Source: Octopus sinensis
Taxonomy: Eukaryota
Assembly: GCF_006345805.1 (NCBI RefSeq)
Contig: NC_043006.1
Location: 74,152,001 to 74,216,000 of the forward strand
Length of the DNA stretch: 64,000 bases
Direction of reading: 5' to 3'
The position numbers and the translations under genes are program-made. Below are positions 1 to 13,395 of this stretch, in pieces (the stretch's first letter is position 1; every line of letters starts with the position of its first letter). A model generated the notes under the pieces. The model saw nothing but the letters and a program-made list of their open reading frames with translations, was not told where the DNA came from and did not search any database.

Positions 1-185
1 TTTCCAATAAGTCAGTTTCAAATTATATATATGTGTGTGGTGTATACATTTATATACATGTATACACACACATATGTCTATATGTACAGGCAAGCACACT
101 CACAAATATATGATAATTACATAAATATGTACAGACATACACATGCGCGCCGCCACAAACATCTGGACACATACACACACAAATA

Positions 186-218
<33 letters not shown>

Positions 219-1171
219 AACACACGAGACTTATGGAGTCTGTGATTTATGAATTTGTGCAGCAGCCCCTTGATTCAATTCCTCAGGTCTTCTGCTCGTA
301 CCATTGGATGGCTGTCTACTCGATTGTTCTAGCTGCTAGAATTGTCGCCCAATTATCCCTCAAAACCTATTCTCACGTATTAATAATGCTTTTAATTGAG
401 GTAGAAAACCCTTGATTATAAGGTGCTAGTCAATTATATGGAGCCCATTCCCCCTCTGTCTCTGGCTTTGTTGCTTGAAATTTTAATGCATATAATTTCA
501 GTACCAATATATGTACTTAAATCTGAATCTTCTTTTTGAACTCCAATGTTCAAAGTAATTTATATATATTTCGATTTAATTGGATTAAAATACAGTCGGT
601 CTGAAAGTCTTACCAAAAGCTGTGGAGTAAGAAAGTTTGATATTTTTTGGTTAAATAATTTGTAGTGATTTTGGCGGCGTCGAAATAAGCGTTTCTGTGG
701 AGAATGGAGAATAAAGGAAGGTCCCAAGGGCGAAATATTGGAAAGTTTTAAGGTGGGTGAAGCAATTCGACAAGTCTGTTTCCGCAGTTTGATGGATGCT
801 AATCTTGTATTCAGAATGTCTTTTATTCTATCGAGATTTCCACTTCTACATAGCGTTTCATTTTACGTGTGTGGTAAATTATTAATTACTTTTCCATTTT
901 ATGATACATTAAACAGTCTTAGGAATATATTCCTAACGAGAACTGTAACACTGTTCTGGAGAGAGTTTTGGAGGTTTTCGAGAAAATTCATTTGAGAAAC
1001 TTTTATATATTCAAATTGACATCAGTGAAGTCAACAACATGCAAGTTGTAATGTTTGAAGAAAATATGTCTTTGCTGACATATTAAAACTCTTATATCAT
1101 TGTATCATCAAACCATATTTATACATAACTGGACATGTATTTATACACACAGTCTCTCTCTTTCTCTCTCG

Positions 1172-1205
<34 letters not shown>

Positions 1206-2461
1206 AGCCATGCAACTGGATGCGTTTATAATCATAATGCATAAAATATACTTGATTGTAAAAAGCCAAATTATATGCTGTTTTCTGTAACAATACTGTT
1301 TACGTTTTGTATTTACTTGGACATTAGGTTCGCATTATGCTCAAAATCAAACTCATTCAATCGTGAACCTACAAAACAACAAAACGGGATTCTCAAATAC
1401 CATGCTTGAAAAGGTATATTATGAAACGGAATAGCTTTATGCAAAAGTAAAAAAAAATTTTTTTAAATAAACGCTACAGCATGAAGAGACAGTGTTTGTG
1501 TGAAACATTCATGTGGATTCCATATTTGCACACATAATAGTTTACTACGGAAAACTTTTTCCAGATCTAAGATATTTCATAATAGCTATATATTATTCAT
1601 ACATGACGTGACATATCACATTATGCAGCCTAACTTGAATTTGAATTATCTGTGAAAGACGCGCTAGATTGTTAACATGACTTTAAAGACTAACTCATAA
1701 TCTATGGAAGAACATATGCGTAAAATAATGTTCAGCCTATCTTATAACGAAACTATCATAACAATTTATAAAATATGTGTTCGTTATTTGGCCTTCTAGT
1801 CGAATCATAGTTCATTCACAGATGCCAAGACACTAATCAGCCTAACCAATGATTTATTTTCACATAAAATACGATATCTATGACGAAGACTAATGTTGTA
1901 TAACCTATTTCATGTGAAAATTATTCATTGATTAGGCGAATTGAAATAATGACATTGGAAAATTTCCCAAGTACATATTTAGCAGGAAGAGCATATAGTT
2001 AAATATTGGCTACATTACTCAAGGCAGCAAGTTACAAATAAATCCCAATATGCCGATATTTTATTCATAATAAGAATAAATGTCATTTGCATTAAAGACA
2101 ATTCAATAGAAAAAGGAAGAATGAGAAAATCCATGATAATTCAATAAGTCTGAATTATAGGCCTGTATCTCAAATTGTAGTCCTGTCTTAGTTAGGTGCC
2201 AAAGTTTAGAACGATTAATAAGTATATTATTTTGCGTAGAAATAATTTCAGTGATTAGGAAAATTATAATAATAGCAGTGAAAATTTTCCTTGGGGTATG
2301 TTTCTGCATAAAGAATCGTCATTAAGTACAAACTTCGATACTTGATACAGAAACTTTTTGATATTTTAAACTGGTTAAAATAAAATGACTGAAACTGCAG
2401 GCAGATGAGTTCGAAACAGAGATCTATGGTGACAACACGACACATGTTTTGGTCGTACTAG

Positions 2462-2504
<43 letters not shown>

Positions 2505-2785
2505 ATGTGTGTGTGTGTGTAAAATACCAAACACATTTGACGCTTCCAAGGTTGCTTTATAAAATGTTGTATCGAAAATCTATTCTTTAGCGTTAAAATT
2601 CACGGTAGCTTTTTATCAGCGAACCGTTTAGCACAATGGTAGAGTACTCGACCTGTATCTCAGGGGTACGTTTTTGATTCCCGTAGCTGTCTGCTGGCAA
2701 CTTCTTTTCCGTTTTATAAGTGTAAAATACTCAATCTTCCTGCTTTTTTCACAGCTATATTATTTGAATTTTACTTTCACGTCTG

Positions 2786-2839
<54 letters not shown>

Positions 2840-3610
2840 CACATATATATGTATTGTTATATGAAAGTGGGTTCGGGGCTGTAAAAAATTAAATATTTTA
2901 TACTAACTGGAAACAATTCAGATATGCCCAAGGTATATTCAAATTGGTAACAAAACTAAGAAATTGTAAGAAAGTCATTCACTCTATTTTATCATGGAGA
3001 AAATCTGTCGCTGTTAACAAATAGTTGTAAATACACTAAGACAATTCACAGTGCTGAGAAGAAAACATTTTAAAAGCAGAAATTTAACCGTATCCCAGAA
3101 ACTAGTTTATTAAAGCGAAGTGTAGCAGCTGATAGTATGGAAATAATTGTAAAAATTTCAAAAAAGTTTTAAAATTTTGAATACAAAAATAAGAATGCTA
3201 ATATTATATAACAAGAGACTTACCGTAAGTGAAAGTCAAACAAGACTGATTGTACTGTTAATAATATTATTAATAATAATAATTATAATCACAATAATAA
3301 CAGGACATATCAACAGGCGTTATATCCTGTTATTATTTTTTCTTTTTTGTATCATTTTTGTATTTATATTCGTATAACATCGTCCGTTTTTCCGTCCATG
3401 TTTCGTATACATTCGATGCTTTTTTTTTCCAAGGAATCTAATGCTCTTAGCTTTGTTTCTCCTCGGGGCTGGTCAGATTGGCGCAATCTCAAGTTTAATC
3501 AACCGAAATTGCGAGGATGATCCGGTTATCGTCTATCTGGATGTTTTGTTGTCCCTTTTTGTATCACCTAGTTGTCCGGATGTTTTGCGTTCTTGTCCCA
3601 TTTTGTATTT

Positions 3611-3664
<54 letters not shown>

Positions 3665-3686
3665 CGCGTACGTACACTTGTTATCT

Positions 3687-3738
<52 letters not shown>

Positions 3739-3748
3739 AATATGTGTA

Positions 3749-3787
<39 letters not shown>

Positions 3788-3794
3788 ATATATA

Positions 3795-3882
<88 letters not shown>

Positions 3883-3926
3883 GAGAGTATTGTAGTTCGC
3901 TTGAAGCATTGTGTAATTGTTTGTAA

Positions 3927-4427
3927 AGAATAAAATATTTTGAATGACACAACAAAGCACTATAACACAAATATTGGACTACAATAACTGGTGTAATTTA
4001 ATCATCCATAGTCTATATTTCTGAGAAAAAATTCGTTCTTCAGGTATCTCTAAGAATTGATGGAGTCGCTGCTATAATCGATTTTGCAACGGCTTCTTTT
4101 TATGTTTTTTTGTATCTTAATGTTTTTATGCATAAGTATGCAGAGTAAATACGCTCACATATTTTTGGTCAACTTTGGACACGTACACATGTATGAATAA
4201 ATCAGTGTACTCACACATACACATGCACTCACATACATATAAAAATAAAAAAAGCCGTTGGAAAACCGATTATAGCAGTGACTACATCAATTTCTAGGGA
4301 TAGCTGAAGAAGGAATTGTTATTCCGAAATATCATATCAAACTATGGAGGATTAAATAAACAACAGTTATTATAATCCGCTGTTTGTATTATAGTGCATT
4401 GTTGTACCATTCAAAAGATTTATTCTA
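3927..4427. repeat. Diverged ~175-bp inverted repeat pair with hammerhead-like core, between (TA)n tracts
   Basis: 3927-4101 is the reverse complement of 4247-4427 with mismatches. The right arm has ATAG-CTGAAGA-AGGAAT-TGTT-ATTCC-GAAA-TATCATATC at 4300-4338. Confidence 0.7.
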
Positions 4428-4741
4428 TACATATATTTATATACACATATACCTACGTACATACATATATATATACATACATACATACATGAATACACAT
4501 ATATACATATTGATAAAAACGGTAAGATAACAAAAGAAAGAAAGAGACCACGATATTATGTAAATAGAGGAATTTATCTGTAAATGTAATATGTGAGAAT
4601 TATTCGGTAGCCATAAAGAAATGGCGGCGTGGATTTCCACCTCGTCATCCGAAACTCGGAGTTTTATCATGGCTACCGAATAATTGTCCCATATTACATT
4701 TACAGAAAGATATATATATATATATATATAATATATATATA

Positions 4742-4865
4742 TATGTGTGTGTTGTGTTTCTGCTGCCACCATCGCTAGAATAAGTCCTGGGGTCGATTTG
4801 TTCGACTAAAGGCGGTGCTCGAGCATGGCAACAGTCAAATGATTGAAACAAGTAACAGAATAAAT
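4742..4865 (+). mobile_element. Family B SINE 3' fragment
   Basis: GAATAAGTCCTGGGGTCGATTTGTTCGACTAAAGGCGGTGCTCGAGCATGG tail. Confidence 0.8.
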
Positions 4866-4921
4866 AAATATATATATATGTATGTATATATATATATATA
4901 TGTGTATATATGTATATATAT

Positions 4922-5007
<86 letters not shown>

Positions 5008-5183
5008 GAGAGGGAGACAGAGTATACAACAAATAAATTACAACTACGATTTGTCTTACTCTACTATGAGGTCACTAGAAAGTACCCAGTCATTCCTGGC
5101 GTCCTACTTGTCGATATGCCTAGACTCTAAAGGCCCTGTAACTGTCCTCCGTCGCCAGTCTCTCTCTCTCTCACTAACTGTGT

Positions 5184-5255
<72 letters not shown>

Positions 5256-5257
5256 AA

Positions 5258-7230
5258 AGTAGGTGACGTACCCGGTAATTCCTGAGAAAGCGGGGTTTCG
5301 ATATTCCAATATCAAGAATTCAAAGTATGTAGCCTTTAAAACGGTTTTTGTACATTTCCAGAAAATACCGAACTGCCTTACGCAGGATCTTGCTTTTAGG
5401 AATTCCCAATAAGTTTTGAATACCCAAATTGTGAAGTCTGTTATATATCTTTATCTAGTTTCAGCTCACGAGCTGTGGCCATGCTGGGGCACCGCCATTT
5501 GGTGTTGCTACTTGATTTTACTTCACGAATGCTTCTTAGCAATTGCCATTTGGTGCATGAGAGAGTTCGATGCAGCTGCCCTCATCTGCACCTCCTGTCG
5601 TGAAGTTGGTTAATCTGGGACACCTGACAAGAAGAGATCCAGTTTTATTTTAAAGACATCTGCATCCACCCCATGCAGGTCTCTCAGATTCTTCGGGAGG
5701 ATATTGAAGAGCTGTGGGCCTCTGAAGCCCAGGCTATCACAGTATCTTGTCCTACATCTTGATGGCAAATTTGGAGTCCTTGGCACTATGCAGTGGCGCC
5801 CAGTTCTGGCATTTGTGTAACTCTCGATGCCAAAGTATGGGACAAGTCCTTCTAGGATCTTCCAGATGTAAATTATGGCATATCTTTCTCGCCTATGCTC
5901 TAAGGAATAGACTCTTAATCTCTTGAGTCTTTCCCAGTAGCTCATATGCTGCACAGAAGCTATCTTCTTCGTGTAGCTTCGTTGGATCGCCTCAAGTTCT
6001 GTGATTAACTTGACACTGGATGGTGACCATAGCTGAGAGCAATAGTCAAAAGTGGCTTAGGACAAGTGTCCTCCAGAGGACCATCATGGTTTCCTGGTCT
6101 TTTGTTCTAAAGGTTCTAAGAATCCATCCGGTCAGCCGCCTACATTTCATTGCCAATTTAGCAACATGCACATGAAAGGTTGCATCATCACTCATGTAAA
6201 TACCCAGGTCTCGCACTGATTGTGCCTCTGGGATTGCAATCCCTCCAGGTCCAGTGTATTCATTGGGTATTGCATTTAGTTTTGCATGCTGATAGCATAA
6301 ACCTTGAAACTTTTCAGCATTGAACTGCATGCTATTCTTTTCAGCCCACTTGTATATTTTGTCCAGCTCACATTGCAGGCATTTAGTGTCTTCAGGGTTC
6401 TGTATTGCCTGTGAAACTTTTGTATCATCTGCATAACTTGTGATCGTGGCTCTCTGCGTGGCTGAGGGCATGTCTGAGAGGGCCATTATGAAAAGTAGTG
6501 GTCCCAAAACAGTGCCTTACGGAACACCGCTCACTATTTGCGTGTTAATGGAAGTGGCCCCATTGGCTACTACCACCTGACTTCTATTCTATAACATCAA
6601 ATTAGTTACTCGATAGAAAGAACACAAATAATGTAGCCTCGAAATGGGCTTTAATGTGTTCCAAGAGTATATAGGACATAGGGGGAGATACTAATAAGGT
6701 ATGTATGCTAAAATCGTGAAGCATATTACGTAATAACAGAAAAATTAGATATGAGATAATAACAATTCAAAGTAAATAACTCTGAAAAGTGCTCTTGTGC
6801 GTTCACAGAGAATATTAGCCTCAGGGGTGCTAGTGTTAGTATATTCCTGAATAGGTCACTAACCGAAATAAGTGGATCTATTGATTAGGAACATCCTATT
6901 TACTTGTTTAAGAGTTGTACTGGATACACTGCAATAATTTAGTTATTTCCCGTGGCTATATATAAGGATCCCTTGCTAGATCGAATACATTATTTCCCTT
7001 GGTTTTTAAAATAAAATATATTAGATATATACAAGTATCCATTCCAGGGGCCCTATTATCGATTTTCTTCAACAATCTGAGTATGTCGTGTGGTTTACAG
7101 CCATGAGTTCTACTCATGTGTCAAGTTTCATCAAAATCGATAAAACTATGTAGCAGGAGTTAGCTAACAATTCCACAAACACAACCACACAGACAGAATT
7201 ACCCACGTGTAGCAGATGATATATAAGGAT
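5258..7230 (-). mobile_element. Possible Helitron-like host element interrupted by the CR1-group LINE
   Basis: GTAG..GTACCCGGTAATTCCTG terminus (similar motif at ~5075) and CAAGTTTCATCAAAATCG...CACAGACAGA...GATATATAAGGAT at the far end. Boundaries uncertain. Confidence 0.35.
5452..6590 (-). mobile_element. 5'-truncated CR1-group LINE (RT C-terminal half plus 3' UTR), degenerate
   Basis: ORFs 6046-6507 and 5610-5954 encode GPLLF...YADDTK...MQFNAEKFQ...DLGI and LKRLRVYSLEHRRER, typical of CR1/L2-group RT. The 3' end GGCGGTGCCCCAGCATGGCCACAGCTCGTGAGCTGAAACTAG matches the second LINE copy. Confidence 0.92.
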
Positions 7231-7585
7231 AGGACTACTTGCAACATATGACTGATTGTGTACTTTTAGAGCGCAGGAGCAGAATTGTATTGTCATTTCC
7301 GCCCAAACGCATTAAAAAATTGATGTGAGGAAGTTGTAAACAAAATTTTAAAGCGATGTATTTCAATCAATGTATTTGTGTGTAGCTTATAGCACAAAAA
7401 TGATGCTTCCATATATTCATGAAAATATCTCAAGTGACAGCTTTTAAGACCAGTCTATAAAAATATAACTTTATCCTCGTAGGATTCCGTTTTACAATCA
7501 AGGCTGAATCTGCACGGAAACATACAACTATAATGTATGAATGCATCCATCCATCCATCTCTCCCTCTCTCTCGCTCTCTTGATA

Positions 7586-7917
7586 TCTATATATATAAAA
7601 CTCAACTGTGTGTGTATCTGTATGTGTGTCTGTGTGTTTAACTTCCCGGCACATCTACTCCTAGCCAACAAATCGTAGAACCACCAAAAATGGGTCACTT
7701 AAAGTTTATGCGAATGAAAATTGAACTGCACTATTTCTGTTCCGAAATTCATCGCCCAAGTGCAAAAATCGTTAATGTGTTTGTTTAGGCCTTATCCCAT
7801 GCATTGAATAGTGAACTTTACTCAGTCAACTATTTGACGTGAACTGTGTTCACCACGCGTGCAAGCATGCGTAAATTGCATGAAAAATAAAAGTAAAAAG
7901 CCGGGCAATACTGCTAG
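7586..7917 (+). mobile_element. Non-autonomous Helitron-like element
   Basis: 5' TCTATATATATAAAA; 3' GCCGGGCAATACTGCTAG; inserted between A and T. Confidence 0.7.
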
Positions 7918-8612
7918 TATATATATATGTATATATAAATTTCCAGTATACAAATAGCTACCATTCTTCCTTGTCTCAAATACAACTCTAATCTTCACGC
8001 TCTACAACGCTGTTTACAGTACACCAACTACATCAAGATGTTTCAGAAATAAAGGATAGATAAAATATCACCGGAGAGAATCTATGTTAAGGTATAAGAG
8101 CAACTTCAACGATAATGTAAAAAAAAAAGTTTGTTTCATTCAGTAAAACAGTCCGTACGTAATTTCTCTGGAGGAGAAAAAGGCAGAGATGATAAATAGG
8201 TAGTTATATAGATTATGTATTTATTTAGGTAGTGATAGGGACAGATAGAAAGATAATCTTGGTCTACAGGGATACAATCCTTATATACATTTTAATATTG
8301 CCATGATAAAATGTATTTCTTAAAATGTTTTCTCTTTATATATACATTTATAATGTATATTTATATATTTTATATGTACTTATATATGATACGTGATCGA
8401 TAAGACTGTCAGTGTTGTTATACATGACTGATCACAATGCGGTTTGCATCGTTTGAACTTTTTAATGATGTCAACCTTGTTGGTTAGACGAACAAGCCAA
8501 TATTTCTCTTGATCAGAAGTCTAGTCCGTCACATGGTTACCGATTTACAGCTGAGTAAACTGACTGATTCACACACACACACACACGCACACACACATAT
8601 ATGTGTATGTAC

Positions 8613-8648
<36 letters not shown>

Positions 8649-9134
8649 ATACACACACACACATAGATACATACATGTATATATGCATACTTGCATATAT
8701 ATATATATGTATACATATATATATATATATGCATGTATGCATATATACATGAATGTAGTATGTGTGTGTATTTATATATGTATATATATATGTATACATA
8801 TATATGTATGTATACATATATATATATATATATATATATATGCTTGTGTGCGTGTTGCATATATTTAGGTTTTTGCCTGTGTGTTGTTTGTGTGAATATA
8901 TCAGTGTGCAAACACTCGTTCGGTCTTCTAGAAATAGCAGCAAAATCTACAGAAAACCACATAGTGTCTTAAAAACAGATAATATAGTCCGTGATAGACG
9001 CAAATCCTGGAATACATTTCATTACTCTTTGAACAGATTTATATAATAGTCAGTCTGCGAAGAGACAAATAAGTTCAAATTCTGGTGCAAATTCAACACT
9101 TTCAAGTGCGGGGTGAGTTCGATTGTATCAAAAA

Positions 9135-9897
9135 AGGTGTCGAGCTGACAGAAACGTTACCACGCCGGGCGATATGCGTAGCCGTATTTCGTCTACCGCT
9201 ACCTTCTGAGTTCAAATTTTGCCTTTCATCCTTTTGGGGTCGATAAATTAAGTACCAGTTACGCACTGGGGTTGATGTAATCGACTTAATCCGTTTGTCT
9301 GTCCTTGTTTGTCCTCTCTGTGTTTAGCCCCTTGTGGGTAGTAAAGAAATAGGTATTTCGTCTACCGCTACGTTCTGAGTTCAAATTCCGCCGAGGTCGA
9401 CTTTGCCTTTCATCCTTTCGGGGTCGATAAATTAAGTACCAGTTACGCACTGGTGCTTATGTAATCGACTTAATCCGTTTGTCTGTCCTTGTTTGTCCTC
9501 TCTGTGTTTAGTCCCATGTGGGTAGTAAAGAAATAGGTATTTCGTCTACCGCTACGTTCTGAGTTCAAATACCGACGAGGTCGACTTTGCCTTGCATCTT
9601 TTCGGGGTCGATTAAATAAGTACCAGTTACGCACTGGGGTCGATATAATCGACTTAATCCGTTTGTCTGTCCTTGTTTGCTGTGTTTAGACCCTTGTGGG
9701 TAGTAAAGAAATAAGTATTTCGTCTACCGCTACGTTCTGAGTTCAAATTCCGCCGAGGTCGACTTTGCCTTTCATCCTTTCGGGGTCGATAAATTAAGTA
9801 CCAGTAACGCACTGGGATTGATGTAATCGATTTAATCCGTTTGTCTGTCCTTGTTTGTCCTCTCTGTGTTTAGCCCCTTGTGGGTAGTAAAGAAATA
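9135..9897 (+). mobile_element. SINE family A: one tRNA-like head plus 4 tandem ~170-185-bp bodies, TSD TGTATCAA
   Basis: B box GAGTTCAAATTCC; junction AAAGAAATA|(G/A)GTATTTCGTC at ~9351, 9536, 9714; TSD 9124-9131 / 9898-9905; nested in an older minus-strand copy that runs to ~10048. Confidence 0.9.
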
Positions 9898-10669
9898 TGT
9901 ATCAATTGCAATGTTCGGCTGGTAAATATATTATCAAGCCCAGTACGCCGAAACGCAAAGTCGATTTCGGCGGAATTCGAACACAAAACGAAAAGAAAAG
10001 TTGCTTAGGATTGTGATCGACACGCTAACGATTCTACCAGCTCACTGCATGGGTTTTAGCCAGCAAACTTTCCTTTAACAGCGCAAACAGCTAGGCGGCT
10101 GCGTCACAGGGACATAACAGTGTTTAACAAATAATGTCTCTATTTAATATATATATGTATAATTAAAAAAAATAATACGTGATATACAAGCACGCACCAC
10201 TACCAACTCACAGCGATCAATTTATGTGATATTAATTACAAAGGAAGACAGAAAGAAATGCTGATACTAGGATCAATTTATGTTACCATTCTTCTAATTT
10301 GTATCCTTTCAGACTCGATTACAGAAAGTAGTTTTTCTCTCATGGGATTTCGCTTTTACGATGTTGGTCGACATTGATAGCAACTCTACTATATCTGCAT
10401 CTACGCACACACCAAAACACACAGGCGCACACACACACACAAACACACTCATATATGCACACATATACATACAAGCAAGTCGTTGAAGCTGACAGTCAGC
10501 AATAGCAAAAACAATGACAGCAGAGAGATGAAAAAGAAGAAACCCAATGCAACAGGGACATCACGTTTATCGTAAAAAGAATGAGTTTCAGGGAGAAGAA
10601 AAAGAGATAGATGTACGAAGAGAAAGACAGAGACACAGAGAGCGGGTTAAACCGACAGAGGGAGGGATA

Positions 10670-10718
<49 letters not shown>

Positions 10719-11052
10719 AATTGAGGTAGGGGTTGTAAATGCAACCCTCTATGGGGTAACGTATATACAATATACTGCTAGTGAAGTACCCAACAAAGTT
10801 AATACATAAATGTTAATGATTGCGATGCAATCAATCCATTTACTGTATTATATGGGCAAAGGTAAAATGATTTACCACAAATTACTAATACAAGATAAGA
10901 AAATGGAGAAATACATCTAAATCAAATATCAATTACCAGATAATACTCAATCACATACTTTATTAAACCACCACATAAGAGACTGTAGGGTTTTAGATGT
11001 ATTTCTCCATTTTGTTATCTTGTATATATATATATATATATATATATATTGG

Positions 11053-11094
<42 letters not shown>

Positions 11095-11604
11095 TATAGA
11101 TACGTAGTTATGTAGATAAATAGATATCCATTTCTTGTACATTTGCATTAAGAACGAAGATAATGTACTTTCCTTGCAAAAATGTATGCCACCCGTATCC
11201 TCCCCCCCCCCACACACATACATGCACATACATAAGTGTGTTTGTGTGTATATGCTATTTAATAGCTCTAAGTGTCTCTTTTGCCACTATCTGTACGTGG
11301 ATATATATATATGCATACATACATACACATATATATATATATATATAGTGAGAATTTACCAAAAAAAACCCCACAAAGACAGGTGTGTAAACAACAAACA
11401 GGTGTATCAGTTTAACGCTCGTTGAAGTGAGAAAGTCTTTTACACAAAAATAAGCATCAAAGTATGGGGTTTAGTTCACAGGTCATCTAAACGATTAGGT
11501 ACGCTAGGTAAGTGCTGTAACGGATAACTGTGGGTGGCTCCAAGGTTAAAGCTGCTCTAACTTCACCTCCCAACCTGGCTCGTTCCTTGCACCCGAAACA
11601 AGTA

Positions 11605-11639
<35 letters not shown>

Positions 11640-12935
11640 CATGTGTCGGTGTGTGTGTGCATGCATAAGTGTGTTTTCTACTATCTTACTGGTCACTCGA
11701 AACGCTTGAAATGGATGACAAATTTCTCTCAATTCACAGAACGTTGGGTTTTATACAAGAAACGGCAAATTGTGTCATGTGGTCATTGGTATACAATCAC
11801 GTAACATGGTCACACATTTATTGTAAGACTGATCAAACAAGCCTAACTTGAGGCTGCACGGGAGCCTGTTTATGAGCTAACTTCATGATAACCAAGAACT
11901 GTGTCCTTTCAATGGTTGGTTGAACCTGCGAAACATAAAAACGAAATCTCCCTCAAATCACACATATAGAGCCCTAAAAATGGGTAACTCTCGTAGGAGA
12001 ATGTATTCGCTGATCAGGGTTTGAACGCATTTTACAATATGTACAGATGAGTTGAGAAAAGCTGGGACTAAATGACAACATTCAAGAAAATCACTACGGG
12101 GTCCCGTAAGTCATAACATACGGCTTCTTAATTAGTTGGTTACATTGAAGGTTGTAGTCGCTGATATACAAAATGTCGGAACTTTTTTTATCGTTTATTA
12201 CTCATGCTGGTAAAAAACCAGCCAATTTTTTTTCCAAATCCTATATCCTACCATCTCAAGTACACATTGTGCATGAAGAGCATATAGTTAAATATTGGCT
12301 ATATTACTTAAGGCAGCCAGTTATAAATGAATTCCAATAACCCGATATTATCTTATTAAAGATATATGTCATTTGCATTAAAGGTAATTCAACTGAAAGA
12401 GTAAAAGCGAGAGAATCCGCAATAATTCTCGATAATTCAATAAATCTGGATTACAGGCCGCTATCTCAAACGGTAGTTGGGTCTAAGTTGCCAGGATGCA
12501 TACTGCTTTATCTTGTTTCACTTTGGTCTGTTTTAAACGGCGTATGATGTGGGAGAATTTGACAGGAATTTGGTAACTACTTTTAGCTGGTCATGCAGGC
12601 CCAAGCAGATTCTGATTTTGCTATTGCCATTAGTGTTGTCGTCCATGAGGATGATAGCAGCATTTATGATAATGGTGATGATGGCGACGGTGATGATGTT
12701 GTCGATGACGGTGATGAGAATGACAACGATGAGTAAGAAAGGATGATGATGATTGTGACGGAGACGGCTATGATGATTCTGTTGTTATCTTTTAATCATT
12801 GTTAAGCTGTCCATATAAATTAACTGCTTACTTCGGTTAAAATTTCGATTCGGATCTTTTTTTGATGTCGAACAATCTGAAGTTTAATATAAATGCTGGC
12901 ATTATTTCTTTCAGCATGAGTAACTTACCTCCTCC

Positions 12936-13020
<85 letters not shown>

Positions 13021-13087
13021 ATGCACGCGCGCATGTGTGTTTTTTGTGTATATATTTGTATATGTACATATCTGTATATATAGGTGA

Positions 13088-13160
<73 letters not shown>

Positions 13161-13260
13161 TAGAAGCATACATATATACAAATATGCTTATATATTTATT
13201 CCCACGCATTTATATATATATATATTACATATACATACATGTTATATATGTATACGCAGG

Positions 13261-13303
<43 letters not shown>

Positions 13304-13361
13304 GATGTATATATACATACATATATGTATATATACATACATATATGTATATATACATATA

Positions 13362-13395
<34 letters not shown>

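Noticed and set aside
230-1000. Possible degenerate Penelope RT on the minus strand (GMGS-like and KPADK-like traces)
   Set aside because: Motif matches are weak and their spacing is too short; cannot be supported without a profile search.
2620-2700. tRNA-like sequence (also 22640-22710 and 47370-47450)
   Set aside because: Degenerate A/B boxes with no complete cloverleaf; these are decayed SINE heads, not tRNA genes.
9135-9897. Regularly spaced repeats as a CRISPR array
   Set aside because: Units repeat over their whole length with no unique spacers, carry Pol III B boxes, and there are no cas genes; eukaryotic context.
12645-12780. (GAT)n-rich stretch suggesting an acidic or Met-rich exon
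   Set aside because: Decayed trinucleotide microsatellite with no splice or ORF support.
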